NCBI GenBank assembly: GCA_046735295.1
Contig: JBKPTA010000006.1
Coordinates: 26,074 to 90,073 of the forward strand
DNA from: Actinomycetota bacterium
Lineage (GTDB): Bacteria; Actinomycetota; Actinomycetes; Propionibacteriales; Nocardioidaceae
DNA length: 64,000 nucleotides
Direction of reading: 5' to 3'
Below are positions 63,567 through 64,000 of the stretch, piece after piece; the stretch's first letter is position 1, and each line of letters begins with the position of its first letter. The translations under genes and the position numbers were made by a program. Below the pieces are notes generated by a model. The model saw nothing but the letters and a program-made list of their open reading frames with translations. It did not search any database and had not been told where the DNA came from.

Positions 63567-64000
63567 ATGGCAGTTCCGAAGGCTCTGAGCCCGACGCGCA
63601 CCGCAGCGACGGTGGCCGCCGCCGCCCTGCTCGCCACCGTCGGAGCCGTGGCCACGCCGTCCCAGGCAGGGGTGGCGTCCCGAGCCGCGACCCACCACCA
63701 TCACCCGGCACCGTCCCGGTTCACCCAGGGCCGGGTGGACAACCCATGGTTCCCGCTCAAGCCCGGCACGAGGTGGGGCTATCACGGGTCGGAGGACGGC
63801 GACCGGACGCGCGACGTGATGATCGCGACGTACCGCACACGCGTCATCGACGGCGTCGTGTGCCGCGTGGTCTTCGATCGCGTGTGGACCAACGGTCGTC
63901 TCAGCGAGCGCACCCGCGACTTCTACGCCCAGACCAAGCACGGCACCGTGTGGTACTTCGGCGAGCGCACGGCCACCCTGGACCGCCACGGGCACGTCAC
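63567..64000 (+). CDS. secreted hypothetical protein, N-terminal part (continues beyond the window)
   Basis: The ATG is preceded by AAGGAGG. The signal peptide reads MAVPKALSPTRTAATVAAAALLATVGAVATPSQA, followed by a HHHH stretch. The frame is open to the window end. It is absent from the ORF track because it is truncated. Confidence 0.55.
   Translation, partial: MAVPKALSPTRTAATVAAAALLATVGAVATPSQAGVASRAATHHHHPAPSRFTQGRVDNPWFPLKPGTRWGYHGSEDGDRTRDVMIATYRTRVIDGVVCRVVFDRVWTNGRLSERTRDFYAQTKHGTVWYFGERTATLDRHGHV

Overview
High-GC (about 70% by eye) actinobacterial chromosome segment. Gene content and synteny resemble Nocardioides/Propionibacteriales or a related lineage. All calls come from reading the supplied ORF translations and the DNA by eye; no BLAST, HMM or RNA folding was run. 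About 60 protein genes and one tRNA are supported. Most of the window is conserved core: pdxY, tRNA-Thr, soxR, cysS-rlmB, carD, ispD/ispF, gpmA, phoU-senX3-regX3, lutABC, mshA, typA/bipA, a dTDP-rhamnose/EPS block (galE, priming sugar transferase, rmlA, rmlB, fused rmlC-rmlD), an hbhA-like gene with its XRE neighbour, cysDN, dtd, a rhodanese operon and a second two-component system. I found no transposase, integrase, phage gene or CRISPR array. The most unusual block is 48.2-56.7 kb. It holds an APS kinase fused to a degenerate ATP-sulfurylase-like domain at its N-terminus and to a low-molecular-weight protein-tyrosine phosphatase at its C-terminus. It also holds two tandem TauE/SafE-type exporter paralogs with a near-identical 32-nt leader, a frame-disrupted orphan PqqD-like gene, cysD-cysN without a CysC domain, a 5 x 22-bp tandem array plus one inverted copy, and a Wzz/BY-tyrosine-kinase gene interrupted by two compensating frameshifts. 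Other observations: a dispersed 17-18-bp tandem-repeat family with core GTCGGTCGAG at three loci, one of them in frame inside a thioredoxin-like gene; a SoxR-type 19-bp-spacer promoter in front of a split transketolase operon; PHO-box-like 11-bp direct repeats between phoU and senX3; a non-canonical ispF-ispD pair plus a degenerate IspD paralog left behind carD; and a Cys-containing mini-ORF ahead of the rhodanese operon.
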